Shown: positions 15,535 through 24,734, numbered from the stretch's first letter. The stretch: DNA of 27,392 nucleotides from a virus (IMGVR_UViG_3300017902_000283:1-27392), one strand, 5' to 3'. The notes: generated by a model not told the origin, from the sequence alone. A program made the numbers and translations.

Positions 15535-15554
15535 AATAAGTAATTATTCGTTAT

Positions 15555-15561
15555 TATTTAG
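15555..15561 (-). promoter_or_regulatory. T4-like late promoter motif CTAAATA upstream of gp26
   Basis: Intergenic variant of the TATAAATA late consensus, about 20 nt before the ATG. Confidence 0.6.
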
Positions 15562-15565
15562 AGGG

Positions 15566-16456
15566 TTAATTTGGAGCTTTATCTACAGTAGTTTCAGACA
15601 CATTGTTAGCATTAGTTATCTGTGATAAACCTTTTTGTGGTACTGCTGGTGCAGGCGTTCCTTGATTATTGACAATATAGTATCTGTCATATGCAAACTC
15701 AACAGTAACTTGTAATAGATTTCCGCCTGCATAGTTGAGTGGTATGTCTTGTATTGATATAGGGAAGGCATTTATAAAGTTATAACTGATAGCATCAGGT
15801 TTGAACTCAACAGGGTCTTCTCTTTGAGTTTTCGTCTTAGTTGCACCTAGATTTCTTTCAAACTTAGTGATTGATAGATCTCTTTTGTAATCATGGGGAT
15901 ATCTAAATCTATGGAAAGCAAATCTTTCATCATTATTTGGATAACCGCCAGGGTATCCTTGATTATGCTTGATTCCTTCTTGTGTCACATAGAGAGGATT
16001 CATAAAATTAAACCACTCTTGGAAGAGTTTCAAAGTTTTATAATCTTGAGATACAAAGAAAGACAAAGCTATGTCAGTGTATTGTCTCTGTGTAGCAAAC
16101 CTTTCTCGAATACCCTGTCTGCTTCCAACCTCCTGTACCACAGACATTGACACACCAGGCAACATTGCTTCATTGCATAATAGTTCATATCTTTCTTTCT
16201 CTCCGTTATCTAACAATCCACAAGATGTCAACCATCTACTTAGATCATTGGCCATTTTCTCTTTTTGATAAACACCACTTGAAGCTGCATCTAAATCAAC
16301 TGGGAATGAATCCACAGGTTCTGGGCCAATGTTAGCCAAATCCATCTGAACTTTAAAAAAGTTGGAAAGAGCTGGGGCACCAAGAGCCGATCTGAATGTT
16401 TCTATATCTTTTACTAACTTATCGTTGCTAAAATAACTTTTCTGTTGCCTGGCCAT
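15566..16456 (-). CDS. Tail tube-like baseplate protein (gp54/gp19-fold tube initiator)
   Basis: Motifs LLCNEAMLPG, LSFFV..DY....FQEW, YNFINAFPISI..IPLNY and VTVEFAYDRY are typical of tube-fold proteins. Divergent from gp4. Confidence 0.7.
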   Translation of the reverse strand: MARQQKSYFSNDKLVKDIETFRSALGAPALSNFFKVQMDLANIGPEPVDSFPVDLDAASSGVYQKEKMANDLSRWLTSCGLLDNGEKERYELLCNEAMLPGVSMSVVQEVGSRQGIRERFATQRQYTDIALSFFVSQDYKTLKLFQEWFNFMNPLYVTQEGIKHNQGYPGGYPNNDERFAFHRFRYPHDYKRDLSITKFERNLGATKTKTQREDPVEFKPDAISYNFINAFPISIQDIPLNYAGGNLLQVTVEFAYDRYYIVNNQGTPAPAVPQKGLSQITNANNVSETTVDKAPN

Positions 16457-16463
16457 CTAAATA
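16457..16463 (+). promoter_or_regulatory. Late promoter motif CTAAATA for the plus-strand gp4-gp53 block
   Basis: In the divergent intergenic gap, about 26 nt upstream of ATG 16490. Confidence 0.6.
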
Positions 16464-16482
16464 AATTTATGACTTACCATAC

Positions 16483-16490
16483 TATGTATA
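16483..16490 (-). promoter_or_regulatory. Late promoter-like motif TATACATA for the minus-strand tail module
   Basis: One mismatch to TATAAATA, about 26 nt upstream of ATG 16456. Confidence 0.45.
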
Positions 16491-16948
16491 TGGCTTATCA
16501 GGGAAAATTTAAACCCAGACATGTAAAAAAATACAAAGGTGATCCCACTCAGATTGTTTATAGATCTCTCTGGGAGAAGAAATTCATGGAGTACTGTGAC
16601 TTGACCGAGAGCGTAGACCAATGGCAATCCGAAGAGTTTTGGATACCATACAAGAATCCATTGGATAACAGGGTTCATAGATACTTCCCAGACTTTTTTA
16701 TCAAGTATAAGGATAAGTCTGGCAAAAAAAGATCTGTAGTCATAGAAGTAAAACCAAAGAAACAAGTTAAAGAACCAAAGAGAAATCCAAAAAGAAAGAC
16801 TCAGGCATGGTATTATGAAGTTAAAACATGGGTTGTGAATCAAGCAAAATGGAACGCAGCAAAGTCTTACTGTGCTGATAGAAAGTATGAGTTTAAAATT
16901 ATGACAGAAGACGATTTAGGTATTTCACATGATCGCAGACGATATTAA
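16490..16948 (+). CDS. gp4: Head completion nuclease, T4 gp4-like (TnsA-type PD-(D/E)XK)
   Basis: MAYQGKFKP....KYKGDP..IVYRSLWE, HRYFPDF, IEVKP, NQAKW and F.I.TE. Start reassigned to ATG 16490. Confidence 0.9.
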   Translation: MAYQGKFKPRHVKKYKGDPTQIVYRSLWEKKFMEYCDLTESVDQWQSEEFWIPYKNPLDNRVHRYFPDFFIKYKDKSGKKRSVVIEVKPKKQVKEPKRNPKRKTQAWYYEVKTWVVNQAKWNAAKSYCADRKYEFKIMTEDDLGISHDRRRY

Positions 16949-17441
16949 AGAAGCCACCCAAGGCGAATTGCAACCTGACGCTTGGTATGTAAACCAACTG
17001 GAATCAGCGTTGGCTCAGGTACAAAGGAGAGATGCGAGTGCCATTGATACTCAGGGTGTTAATATGGGTGATCTAGTATTCTTTGGATACAATCCATCAT
17101 TTGCACAAAACTATGAGTTTTGGGACGTTCAACCTCTAGCAGTAGTAATAGGATTCTATCAGGAAGGTATACTTGGTTGTAATTTACATTACATAAATCC
17201 AGATTACCGTGATGTAATTGCAAATGCTCTACTAAATAGTCGTGGAGAATCTCCTGTTCCTAAAAATAGTGTCCACAAATATCTGTGGTCTAACATGAGA
17301 ACTATATTTAAAGTTCCAAGAGAAGAGAACTGGGCTGACATCTCTTTACTTCCCACCGAACAATTCATAGACAAGAATGGTGTGAGGTTTCCCAAGTACA
17401 GAGCATTTAACAGCCGAAATCAAAAAAGAAAGAAAAAATGA
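16929..17441 (+). CDS. gp2: DNA end protector protein, T4 gp2-like
   Basis: Motifs G.L.FF.Y, WD..PL, G.NLHY, HKYL and W....LLPTEQF; follows gp4. Confidence 0.75.
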   Translation: MIADDIKEATQGELQPDAWYVNQLESALAQVQRRDASAIDTQGVNMGDLVFFGYNPSFAQNYEFWDVQPLAVVIGFYQEGILGCNLHYINPDYRDVIANALLNSRGESPVPKNSVHKYLWSNMRTIFKVPREENWADISLLPTEQFIDKNGVRFPKYRAFNSRNQKRKKK

Positions 17442-19090
17442 CATTCACACCTATCGCTAATTCAGAATTTGGTGAGGAAATAAATCCTGGCGTTGAAATA
17501 TCTCAACAGGATTCACAAGGTAATGTCAGAAATTATAAAGTATTCTACTCTGAGACAGGTGGAACAACAGTTAGGGCGGTTGACGCTAATGGTCAATTAC
17601 TACAGAACGTAGAACCAATATACAAAGATGGAGTCTGGGATCAATCTAAACTAACAAAAGATACAGCATCATCATTCTCTAAAGATGATCAATTAAGGAT
17701 TCATCAAGCGATACAAGAATCAACTAAAAATCATATTGATGCCGTTGCTCCTGGCTTAGCAAAACCCAAATGGACTACTCAAGAGGGATATGCTAATGGA
17801 ATACCATCTGATAAAGATGCTCAACAGGAAGTGCTGGAGAATAAAATTAAGAATGCCAGAAATAATAAAGAGAAGGTGATGTATACGAAAAAGTTGAGAA
17901 ATTATAATAAGAGTAAAACTAATCAAGGGGAAAACAATAAAAATGATAGTTTGTTAAGCAAAATCACCAATCAAGGTGCAAGAGGTGTAGGTGCAATAGA
18001 AAATGCGTTCAGTGGTGCAGAAGAAGCAGATACACTGTTCAAAAAGATAGTGAAGTATCCTATGGATATGTCCAACAGCATGGATCATATGTTCATACAA
18101 TGTTACTCCTATCGGGCACCTTATGCAGCTGCACTAGATGGTAAATCTGGAAAAAGAAATATTTTTGCTAATGACAAAGAATCTTCATTTACTTTTGGTT
18201 CAGAGAGAACAACACCATATAAAAGAAAACTAGGTGCTGGTATCAAACTGCCAATGCCAAATAACATGACTGATGGAAACCCAAGAAACTGGGGTGAACA
18301 GAGTATGGATGCTGGTCAAATGGGCGCAATTCAGAACGTAAGTAAGAATGTTCTGACAAGTTTCTTTACTAATGATTTCGGTGGTTATGGACGTACTGCT
18401 ACAAAACTGAGCATGCAGGGAGAGATGTTGACTCAAGAATCTACCAGAGGAATGTCCATGGCTAATAAGATTGCTCAGTTGGCAAGTGAAAGTGGATTCG
18501 GTGATGTAAGTTCAGAACAAGTTTTATCTAGAAGTGTGGGTGTGGTAGTGAACTCAAATACAGAATTACTTTTTGCTGGTGTGTCCTTGAGATCTTTTGA
18601 ATATCAATGGTTGATGAGTCCAAGAAATAGACTAGAAGCAGCAAACGTTAGAATGATTATTCGTGCATTTAAACAATGGTCTGCTCCAAAAAAAATTAGA
18701 AAGATAGACAATGGAGAATTATCCAACGTAGGTAAGGCTGGTGGCCCATCATTCTTCTTAGGAACTCCTAATATATTCAGACTAAGATTCGTTACTGGTG
18801 GTAACAGGAACATTCTCGGTGTGAATAAATTTAAGCCATGTGCCTTACAGAACGTAGATATCAACTATACTCCAGAGGGACAGTGGATGGCATATGAGAA
18901 TGGTATGCCAATATCTGTCATGATGACTCTTAGATTTGCTGAACTTGAACCCATATATGATACAGATTATAGTGAGGATATTGCTAAAGATAGACAATAT
19001 GATCCTAATGATCCAGAGTCGATTGGAGATTTAATGCCAATAAGTATTATCAAACAAAACAGTCCATATTCATCAGATATAGGTTACTAA
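17438..19090 (+). CDS. gp48: Baseplate tail tube cap, T4 gp48-like
   Basis: Motifs I.LPMP, N.ELLF.G..LRSF, L.PRN..EA..V..II..FK, KFKPCAL....INYTP.G and L.F.ELEPI. Confidence 0.85.
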   Translation: MTFTPIANSEFGEEINPGVEISQQDSQGNVRNYKVFYSETGGTTVRAVDANGQLLQNVEPIYKDGVWDQSKLTKDTASSFSKDDQLRIHQAIQESTKNHIDAVAPGLAKPKWTTQEGYANGIPSDKDAQQEVLENKIKNARNNKEKVMYTKKLRNYNKSKTNQGENNKNDSLLSKITNQGARGVGAIENAFSGAEEADTLFKKIVKYPMDMSNSMDHMFIQCYSYRAPYAAALDGKSGKRNIFANDKESSFTFGSERTTPYKRKLGAGIKLPMPNNMTDGNPRNWGEQSMDAGQMGAIQNVSKNVLTSFFTNDFGGYGRTATKLSMQGEMLTQESTRGMSMANKIAQLASESGFGDVSSEQVLSRSVGVVVNSNTELLFAGVSLRSFEYQWLMSPRNRLEAANVRMIIRAFKQWSAPKKIRKIDNGELSNVGKAGGPSFFLGTPNIFRLRFVTGGNRNILGVNKFKPCALQNVDINYTPEGQWMAYENGMPISVMMTLRFAELEPIYDTDYSEDIAKDRQYDPNDPESIGDLMPISIIKQNSPYSSDIGY

Positions 19091-19091
19091 A

Positions 19092-19847
19092 ATGTCGAAA
19101 GGTTATTTTTCTTATTTTCCAAATATAAATTACGTCTCTAGGACTACAGATAGATCAGCTAATGATGAGTTTATCCCTGTCAAGAATATTTTTAGAAGAC
19201 CTAAGCTTCGTGATGATCTTGAGAGTGTTCTCACAGCATTTGAAGATTACATGATTATTGGAGATGACAGACCAGAACAAGTATCTGAAAAAGTATATGG
19301 CGATCCTAGATTTGATTGGGTTATTCTAACAACAAATAATATTACTAAGATTCAAGATCAATGGCCATTAAACTCCAACGACTTCCAAAGATACATCTTT
19401 GATAAGTATGGCACTGAGGAAAAGTTATCTGAGATCCATCACTACGTTACAGAACTATTAGTAGATGACAATTCTAGAGTGGTAGTTCCAGAGGGTTTAG
19501 TTGTAGATTCTAATTTTGACAGCAGATATCTAGAGAGAAACTTTTCAAGACAAGAAGAAGTTACTTATAGTGGTAACACTTTAAATGAATTGTCTAGTGT
19601 TGATAATGCTGGTACAGTTAGAGATTCTAATGGTAATATAATCTCACATACTAATGTGTTTGCCGTCAGTAACTATGAGTTTGAAGAGAATGAAAATGAC
19701 GCTAAGAGAAGAATTAAAATATTACAACCACAGTTCTTAGAAGTTGCAGTTGCTGATATGAATAAAATTATGAAATATAAAAAGTCTGGCGACTTTATCA
19801 GTGCCAGACTTAAAGGAACATATAACCCAAGACTTAGTGGGTCATAA
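19092..19847 (+). CDS. gp53: Baseplate wedge subunit, T4 gp53-like
   Basis: Motifs YFSYFPNI.Y, KNIFRR, RPEQVS..VYGD...DWVIL..NNI, WPL, IHHY.T and NYEFE...N..KR.I.IL. Confidence 0.88.
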   Translation: MSKGYFSYFPNINYVSRTTDRSANDEFIPVKNIFRRPKLRDDLESVLTAFEDYMIIGDDRPEQVSEKVYGDPRFDWVILTTNNITKIQDQWPLNSNDFQRYIFDKYGTEEKLSEIHHYVTELLVDDNSRVVVPEGLVVDSNFDSRYLERNFSRQEEVTYSGNTLNELSSVDNAGTVRDSNGNIISHTNVFAVSNYEFEENENDAKRRIKILQPQFLEVAVADMNKIMKYKKSGDFISARLKGTYNPRLSGS

Positions 19848-19849
19848 AT

Positions 19850-20764
19850 TTATTCTTCTGCGAGTTTCTGAAAATAACTTAGAGCATCATCCTCATCTTC
19901 TGTTGTTGCAGTTGCAGCAGCAGATAGATTAGATATTTCATCTAGTTCATCAGCAGATGGACGATTTAACCCTTCACTTAGATCTTCTAGTTCTTCAGTA
20001 TCAACTTTAGGTGTAACTACTTTCTTAGTTCCTAAAACAGCATCCAAACGTCCTTTGAGTTCATCATAAGATTTGAACTGATCAGGAGCAGTAAACTCAC
20101 TTAAATCATAGATCTTGTCGTAGATCTTTTCTAGTTCAGCATCATCATCTAGAAGTGCCTCAGTCTTTCCAAACTCTGAGCTATCATAGTTCCAGAATCC
20201 AGCGACCTGTTTGATCTTTAATTTGAAGTTAGCACCCTTCCAAAAGTCGAATGGGTTGATTGGTTCTTCATCTTCAAACTCAGGTTGCATTGCAGCAGTG
20301 ATCTTATCAAAGATCTTCTTACCAAACTTGTATAGTTTGACTTGTCCTTCGTTCTCAGGATTTGCGGAATCTTTTACGATAAAAACATTAGCATAGTAAG
20401 ACAACTTACGTTTCTGTTTGCGAGCAATATCTTTATCAGATTCACGACCACTGTTCCAAAGAGTTCTGTTTAATTCCCCTACAGGATCGTTTTTACCAAC
20501 AGTGGTTAAACTGTTTTCAATATACCAACCACCTGGCCCTTGAAATGCATGACTCCATACTTGAGTCCATGGCAATTCAGCATTGGCATGTGCAGGGAGG
20601 AATCGTATAATAGCGAATCCGTTACCCGCTTTATCTACAGATGGTTTCCATAGACGTTCATCAGTATTACTTCCACCTTTTTCGTTGAGTTTCTCAACTT
20701 TTTTCATTAATCTCTCTGTGAGAGACCCTGCTTTAGATTGTTTCTTTAATGCAGCAAATGACAT
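19850..20764 (-). CDS. gp32: Single-stranded DNA-binding protein, T4 gp32-like
   Basis: DERLWKP..DKAGNG.A.IRFLP, HAFQGPGGWYIENSLTT, LYKFGKKIFDKI, and an acidic tail ending DALSYFQKLAEE. Confidence 0.95.
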   Translation of the reverse strand: MSFAALKKQSKAGSLTERLMKKVEKLNEKGGSNTDERLWKPSVDKAGNGFAIIRFLPAHANAELPWTQVWSHAFQGPGGWYIENSLTTVGKNDPVGELNRTLWNSGRESDKDIARKQKRKLSYYANVFIVKDSANPENEGQVKLYKFGKKIFDKITAAMQPEFEDEEPINPFDFWKGANFKLKIKQVAGFWNYDSSEFGKTEALLDDDAELEKIYDKIYDLSEFTAPDQFKSYDELKGRLDAVLGTKKVVTPKVDTEELEDLSEGLNRPSADELDEISNLSAAATATTEDEDDALSYFQKLAEE

Positions 20765-20803
20765 TTAGTATTCTCCGTATTTTTGTATTGTTGGATTGTT
20801 TGT

Positions 20804-20832
20804 ATTATAACATGTAATAATATATTAGTCAA
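20804..20832 (-). promoter_or_regulatory. Sigma70-type (early) promoter for gp32: TTGACT-17 nt-TATAAT
   Basis: -35 box at 20832-20827 and -10 box at 20809-20804 with an exact 17-nt spacer. GGAG SD before the ATG. Confidence 0.8.
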
Positions 20833-21172
20833 CAGGAGGTAAATCTGTTTCTAGTTTCGCTAACGTTTCCGATAGAGTTTCAAAAAACTGATTTATATTC
20901 TGCCCGTCTTTCAATCCTAGAAACTTTGCAGATTCTAAGATATGTTCTTTCATTTCAAGAGCATCAGGATCTTCTGTCTCTAATGACAGACGAAACATAA
21001 AGTTCTTCTGTTTTTCAAGAAGTTTTTTCATTTTCGCAATATACAGATGTCCCTCTTCAGTGGTAGGATTTCTCATACCTCTGACAGCGATGCCTGTCAT
21101 AATATCTTCTTGTAACTCCTGTATCTCGACCATTGAGGCTCTGACAGCTGGAGCATTGAAAAACTTACTCAT
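20825..21172 (-). CDS. Conserved cyanophage/cyanobacterial protein, DUF1825-like
   Basis: FF....V....EI.ELQE and LLEKQK.F.FRLSL..DPDA..MK resemble DUF1825; typical position upstream of gp32. Confidence 0.65.
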   Translation of the reverse strand: MSKFFNAPAVRASMVEIQELQEDIMTGIAVRGMRNPTTEEGHLYIAKMKKLLEKQKNFMFRLSLETEDPDALEMKEHILESAKFLGLKDGQNINQFFETLSETLAKLETDLPPVD

Positions 21173-21192
21173 TAATAACTCTGATGGTATAA

Positions 21193-21480
21193 CTATTTAT
21201 CTGTTTTAGATACCCACATAGGTAGGTATATCAGGGTAAAAGCACTACCCCAGAAGGCGAGAAAGACGTATAAATGACTACCTCTGTGAGGTGAAAATGC
21301 GAACCCTAAGGCTACAACAATCACCCAAACGTAGTCTACTATACCATGAAAGGTTTGCCAACCATCACCGTATTTCTCTATAAGATTATCTCTCTGCTTT
21401 GCAGCCCATGGCGACACATGCCTCATCATCACAAATCCCTCATTGAGAAACATGATGGTGAACCCTATCCAGAATATCAT
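21193..21480 (-). CDS. Small membrane protein, hypothetical
   Basis: 95 aa with about three hydrophobic segments and an ATGA overlap with the gp33 stop. Confidence 0.7.
   Translation of the reverse strand: MIFWIGFTIMFLNEGFVMMRHVSPWAAKQRDNLIEKYGDGWQTFHGIVDYVWVIVVALGFAFSPHRGSHLYVFLAFWGSAFTLIYLPMWVSKTDK
21194..21200 (-). promoter_or_regulatory. Late promoter motif ATAAATA upstream of the DUF1825-like gene
   Basis: Overlaps the upstream stop codon, about 21 nt before ATG 21172. Confidence 0.45.
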
Positions 21481-21731
21481 AGCGGTAATTTAGATCTAGA
21501 AGTTCTCTTAAGATAATTTAGTTCAGTTGCTTCTGCTTTCAATTTATCTTTTAGAGGTTTAGAAATTAATTTACCTACTGACTCAAACTCGATATTCTTT
21601 TCTTCGCAGTAGCTTACCAGAGCCTCAATATAATTAAGGTCAGTAGTAAGTACAAGTTGCTCTATGTCACTTGTGAATTTATTCTGACAGAGAAATTTCT
21701 CTTTCAGCAGTTCGTTAACTTCCTTCTCCAT
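21477..21731 (-). CDS. gp33: Late transcription coactivator, T4 gp33-like
   Basis: F...IE.LV....NYIEA...YCE...IE.ESV.KLISKPLK.KLK.EA..LNYLK. Start reassigned to ATG 21731 with a GGAG SD. Confidence 0.85.
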   Translation of the reverse strand: MEKEVNELLKEKFLCQNKFTSDIEQLVLTTDLNYIEALVSYCEEKNIEFESVGKLISKPLKDKLKAEATELNYLKRTSRSKLPL

Positions 21732-22401
21732 ACTCTCCGAGTTTGTGGGTGACAAATTCTTTAATATACTTGGTAAGAAGCTTAATATAGTCACTTTTGT
21801 TTCTTTTTTCATAAACTTTTACATCTCCATTTTCACATACCATTAAGGTAACAATCTTCTCAACAGCAATACCTGTCATTTCATAATACATGCAGGCATA
21901 CGCAGTCTCTTGAACGAAATAGTTTTGACACCACTTCTCTGGTTTAATCTTCTTAGATGTTTTGAAATCTATAATAGCTAACTCGCCATTATATTCTGCA
22001 ATACAATCAACTCTTCCAGCAATGCCAAAGTATTCAGAATACAGTGGTTTTTCTAATGCGTGAATATTATTTATATTGTCTAAGGATTTTTTACCATAAA
22101 GGAACAATGCTTTGGTCGTTGGAAGAACGTCTTCAAGAGTATTGATGTCCTTATTCAAAAGATATTGTTCTACAAGATCGTGAAATCTAGTTCCTCTTCC
22201 TGTAGCGACTTTTGTAATCTTATTGGCTTCCTCTTCACCAACTCTCTTACGCCAGTTAATAAATGTCTGACGATTATAGAAACTTGTTATAGAGGTAATA
22301 GAAGGAGCTTTCTTTCCACTTGGAAGAGTGTAATATCGAACTCCATCTATAGTATTGGCTTCTAACTCAAAATCACCAAGTTTATTCAAATGGGTAAACA
22401 T
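21715..22401 (-). CDS. PD-(D/E)XK (RecB/Cas4-like) exonuclease
   Basis: Motifs RYY..P.G...PSIT, RGT.FH, AGRVDCIAEY.G.LAIIDFKTS and YFVQ..AYA; usual neighbour of phoH. Confidence 0.88.
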   Translation of the reverse strand: MFTHLNKLGDFELEANTIDGVRYYTLPSGKKAPSITSITSFYNRQTFINWRKRVGEEEANKITKVATGRGTRFHDLVEQYLLNKDINTLEDVLPTTKALFLYGKKSLDNINNIHALEKPLYSEYFGIAGRVDCIAEYNGELAIIDFKTSKKIKPEKWCQNYFVQETAYACMYYEMTGIAVEKIVTLMVCENGDVKVYEKRNKSDYIKLLTKYIKEFVTHKLGEYGEGS

Positions 22402-23162
22402 TATAAAGACAAAGCGAGTTTAGTAACCAAGTAGTTTCTTACTAGACCAGAGCGTACAATGTCATCTATGCCAAATTCAACTACACCAAAATCATCTTCC
22501 ATGATCTCAATGATACGTTTAAAATCTAAGATGCCATTCTTCTCATTGGATTTTGTAAGATCCGTTTGAGTAGAGTCACCACAAAACATTATTTTACAGT
22601 TATCTCCTACTCTTGTTATTATACTATCTAATTCATGAAAATTCAAGTTTTGCATCTCATCTACTAGCACAATGCAATTATCAAGTGTTGTTCCCCTGAT
22701 AAATGATGTGCTCCAGAATGAAATAGTTTCTTGTGCTTTCAGATTACCGTATAACATTTCAAAGTCATTGTCTGAGGGCATCTCAAACATATACTTTACC
22801 ATATTCTTATATGGAATCTGGTAGAGTGATGACTTATCCTCATGATCTCCAGGCAGGAAACCAATCTCTCTTGTAGACACTAACGATCTGACGATATACA
22901 CCTTATCATATGGCGTCATTTCATCTAGAACATCTTTGAGTGCTAAGTATAAACTGATAAATGTTTTACCTGTACCAGCAGCACCATACGCAAACATGTT
23001 CTTTCCTTTTGCATAGTGATCAAACAATACTTTCTGGTTATCTGTGATGGGTTCAACATCAACCAGCATACCATTATTGATAGGTCTTTTACGACGCATC
23101 TGTTTGGCAGTCATGCCAACTCCTACAGTTTTGTTAGTATTCCTTCTTTTTTTAGTTGACAT
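22401..23162 (-). CDS. phoH: PhoH-family ATPase
   Basis: Walker A GAAGTGKT, plus IGFLPG, FIRGTT, VDEMQN, GD..Q.DL and DIVRSGLV. Confidence 0.96.
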   Translation of the reverse strand: MSTKKRRNTNKTVGVGMTAKQMRRKRPINNGMLVDVEPITDNQKVLFDHYAKGKNMFAYGAAGTGKTFISLYLALKDVLDEMTPYDKVYIVRSLVSTREIGFLPGDHEDKSSLYQIPYKNMVKYMFEMPSDNDFEMLYGNLKAQETISFWSTSFIRGTTLDNCIVLVDEMQNLNFHELDSIITRVGDNCKIMFCGDSTQTDLTKSNEKNGILDFKRIIEIMEDDFGVVEFGIDDIVRSGLVRNYLVTKLALSL

Positions 23163-23421
23163 TAATACCTCTGTTGGCTAAACGACCCTTTACTCCAGCT
23201 GACTTCTCTGATTTTTTCAGAATCTCATTCCAGCCTGGATGTTTGTTGGCGAGTTTGTCTTTCCACTCTCCAACTTCTCCCACGCCTGGAACTGTGGATG
23301 GATCTGAGTAATCCCTTGTCCAATCGGGATTATCATCTTTCCATTTGTCCCACTCCATGATACTCATTACAACCTCTTTCTGTTCACCAGTTTTTGTGTT
23401 GACTACAGGGTATGTTGCCAT
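23152..23421 (-). CDS. Conserved hypothetical protein
   Basis: 89-aa ORF (MATYPV.N..TGE) coupled between thyX and phoH. Confidence 0.8.
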   Translation of the reverse strand: MATYPVVNTKTGEQKEVVMSIMEWDKWKDDNPDWTRDYSDPSTVPGVGEVGEWKDKLANKHPGWNEILKKSEKSAGVKGRLANRGINVN

Positions 23422-24110
23422 TAAGTTTCTTCTCCGTGAAGTTCTTTTTTGATTTGTTTTTGAATTTCAACTACACCATTTCTCCATTCTAATGCTTCAG
23501 AAACTATTGGAAACTGTTCTACAAATACAGTTTTACATGCTTGTGCAATATCCATGTGTTCCTTCTGAGTACCATGAGCGGATCTCAGTTCGATATAATG
23601 AATCCATGATCTACAAGAACCTGTCATATAGATTCTTGTGGGTGTACAGAGTGGTAGAACCATTCTGGCACATTCCTTTGCAACACCTTCTTCTAACATT
23701 TGTTGATACAAGGCAGTCGCAGAGCTAAACAAAGTATTCATTTGTAGTTCCAACTTTTGTTTAACAAACTCATCAAGATCATTTGTAGAATTTTGACGAT
23801 TCTTTTCATCTTGTCTTCTGAGTTCTGGGATAGGAATCTCTCCCAATTTTGTACTGTCAGCATATCGCTGAGAAAACTCTTGAAAAGTAAATGATCTATG
23901 TCGTAGAATCTGTGCTGCAATGGCACGAGTCGTTTCAATTTCAAGAGTCATACTAGATTGTTCAAATACTGACCAGTGATTATGTTTGATACAGTATTTT
24001 AATAGTCCAGCAAACTTTTCGTTGTCTTGATTGCTTGGGTTAGATACTCTGGCGATATACGCCATAGTCTTTTCTGCATCAGGTGTAATACTTACAAATT
24101 TTACATCCAT
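23421..24110 (-). CDS. thyX: FAD-dependent thymidylate synthase
   Basis: HWSVFE, the signature QILRHRSFTFQEFSQRY, ECARMVLP and R....TQKEH. Confidence 0.96.
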   Translation of the reverse strand: MDVKFVSITPDAEKTMAYIARVSNPSNQDNEKFAGLLKYCIKHNHWSVFEQSSMTLEIETTRAIAAQILRHRSFTFQEFSQRYADSTKLGEIPIPELRRQDEKNRQNSTNDLDEFVKQKLELQMNTLFSSATALYQQMLEEGVAKECARMVLPLCTPTRIYMTGSCRSWIHYIELRSAHGTQKEHMDIAQACKTVFVEQFPIVSEALEWRNGVVEIQKQIKKELHGEET

Positions 24111-24253
24111 TACAATTCTTCTTGATCTGCGTAGGTAACACGGTGTTCACCACCATTAACATAAGCAGTAGGATCAGAATAAACTTCTGCTTCTAACTCC
24201 TCAATAACAGTTTTTAAATTTTTTATAATAAGTTTTAAGTGGTTCTTGTCCAT
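24110..24253 (-). CDS. Small hypothetical protein (47 aa, MDKNHLKLIIKNLKTVIEELEAEVYSD...), not in ORF track
   Basis: Manual translation; fills the gap exactly, with TAATG coupling to thyX. Confidence 0.75.
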   Translation of the reverse strand: MDKNHLKLIIKNLKTVIEELEAEVYSDPTAYVNGGEHRVTYADQEEL

Positions 24254-24254
24254 G

Positions 24255-24734
24255 TCAAATAAAATAATTAAAGTTAATCACACACCTACGAAGTGTATCA
24301 GTAGGAGTACAACCAGCATGTAAGGTATTTGAATTAAATACTACCATACGATTAGCTATACTGTCAACCTTCGTACCATCTTCAAATCGAGTGTACCCAT
24401 CATTACTATTTACATAATAGATGGCAGTTACACAATCGTCAACATCTTTGTGCATTTCATATTCAATCCTTTCGGGTGTTTTCATATTTAGATTAGCTTT
24501 TATCCTGACGATTGACACTGGTTCTAGTTCATTGATGATAGGAAATAAATTGTAAAAGAACTGACTTCTAGGTTCAAACTGATGATAGAAAACATGGCAG
24601 AATTGGTAATTACCATCTCCAGGCGTGTTTACACCATTAGCAAACTCCCACTGAAAAGAAGAATCCTCCATCAAAGTTTTGCGGAGGATTTCATAATCAT
24701 CTGGTTTTAGTAAATCATCTATTACTTTCAGCAT
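24255..24734 (-). CDS. 2OG-Fe(II) oxygenase-like protein
   Basis: Motifs RIKANL, MHKD, TAIYYVN.NDG.T.F, NR.VVF....LHAG and RCVINFNY. Confidence 0.8.
   Translation of the reverse strand: MLKVIDDLLKPDDYEILRKTLMEDSSFQWEFANGVNTPGDGNYQFCHVFYHQFEPRSQFFYNLFPIINELEPVSIVRIKANLNMKTPERIEYEMHKDVDDCVTAIYYVNSNDGYTRFEDGTKVDSIANRMVVFNSNTLHAGCTPTDTLRRCVINFNYFI

Noticed and set aside
16490-16948. TnsA-like nuclease as a sign of a Tn7 transposon
   Set aside because: Sequence and synteny match T4 gp4 head completion protein, and no TnsB/TnsC genes or transposon ends are present.
19840-19860. Terminator between convergent gp53 and gp32
   Set aside because: Only 2 nt separate the stop codons and no convincing hairpin with a U-tract is seen.
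21715-22401. Cas4-like nuclease as part of a CRISPR system
   Set aside because: No repeat-spacer array or other cas genes are present and there is no Fe-S Cys cluster. It is the standard phoH-linked phage exonuclease.
23160-23430. Pho box upstream of phoH
   Set aside because: There is no intergenic space or recognisable tandem repeat, and no pstS in the window.
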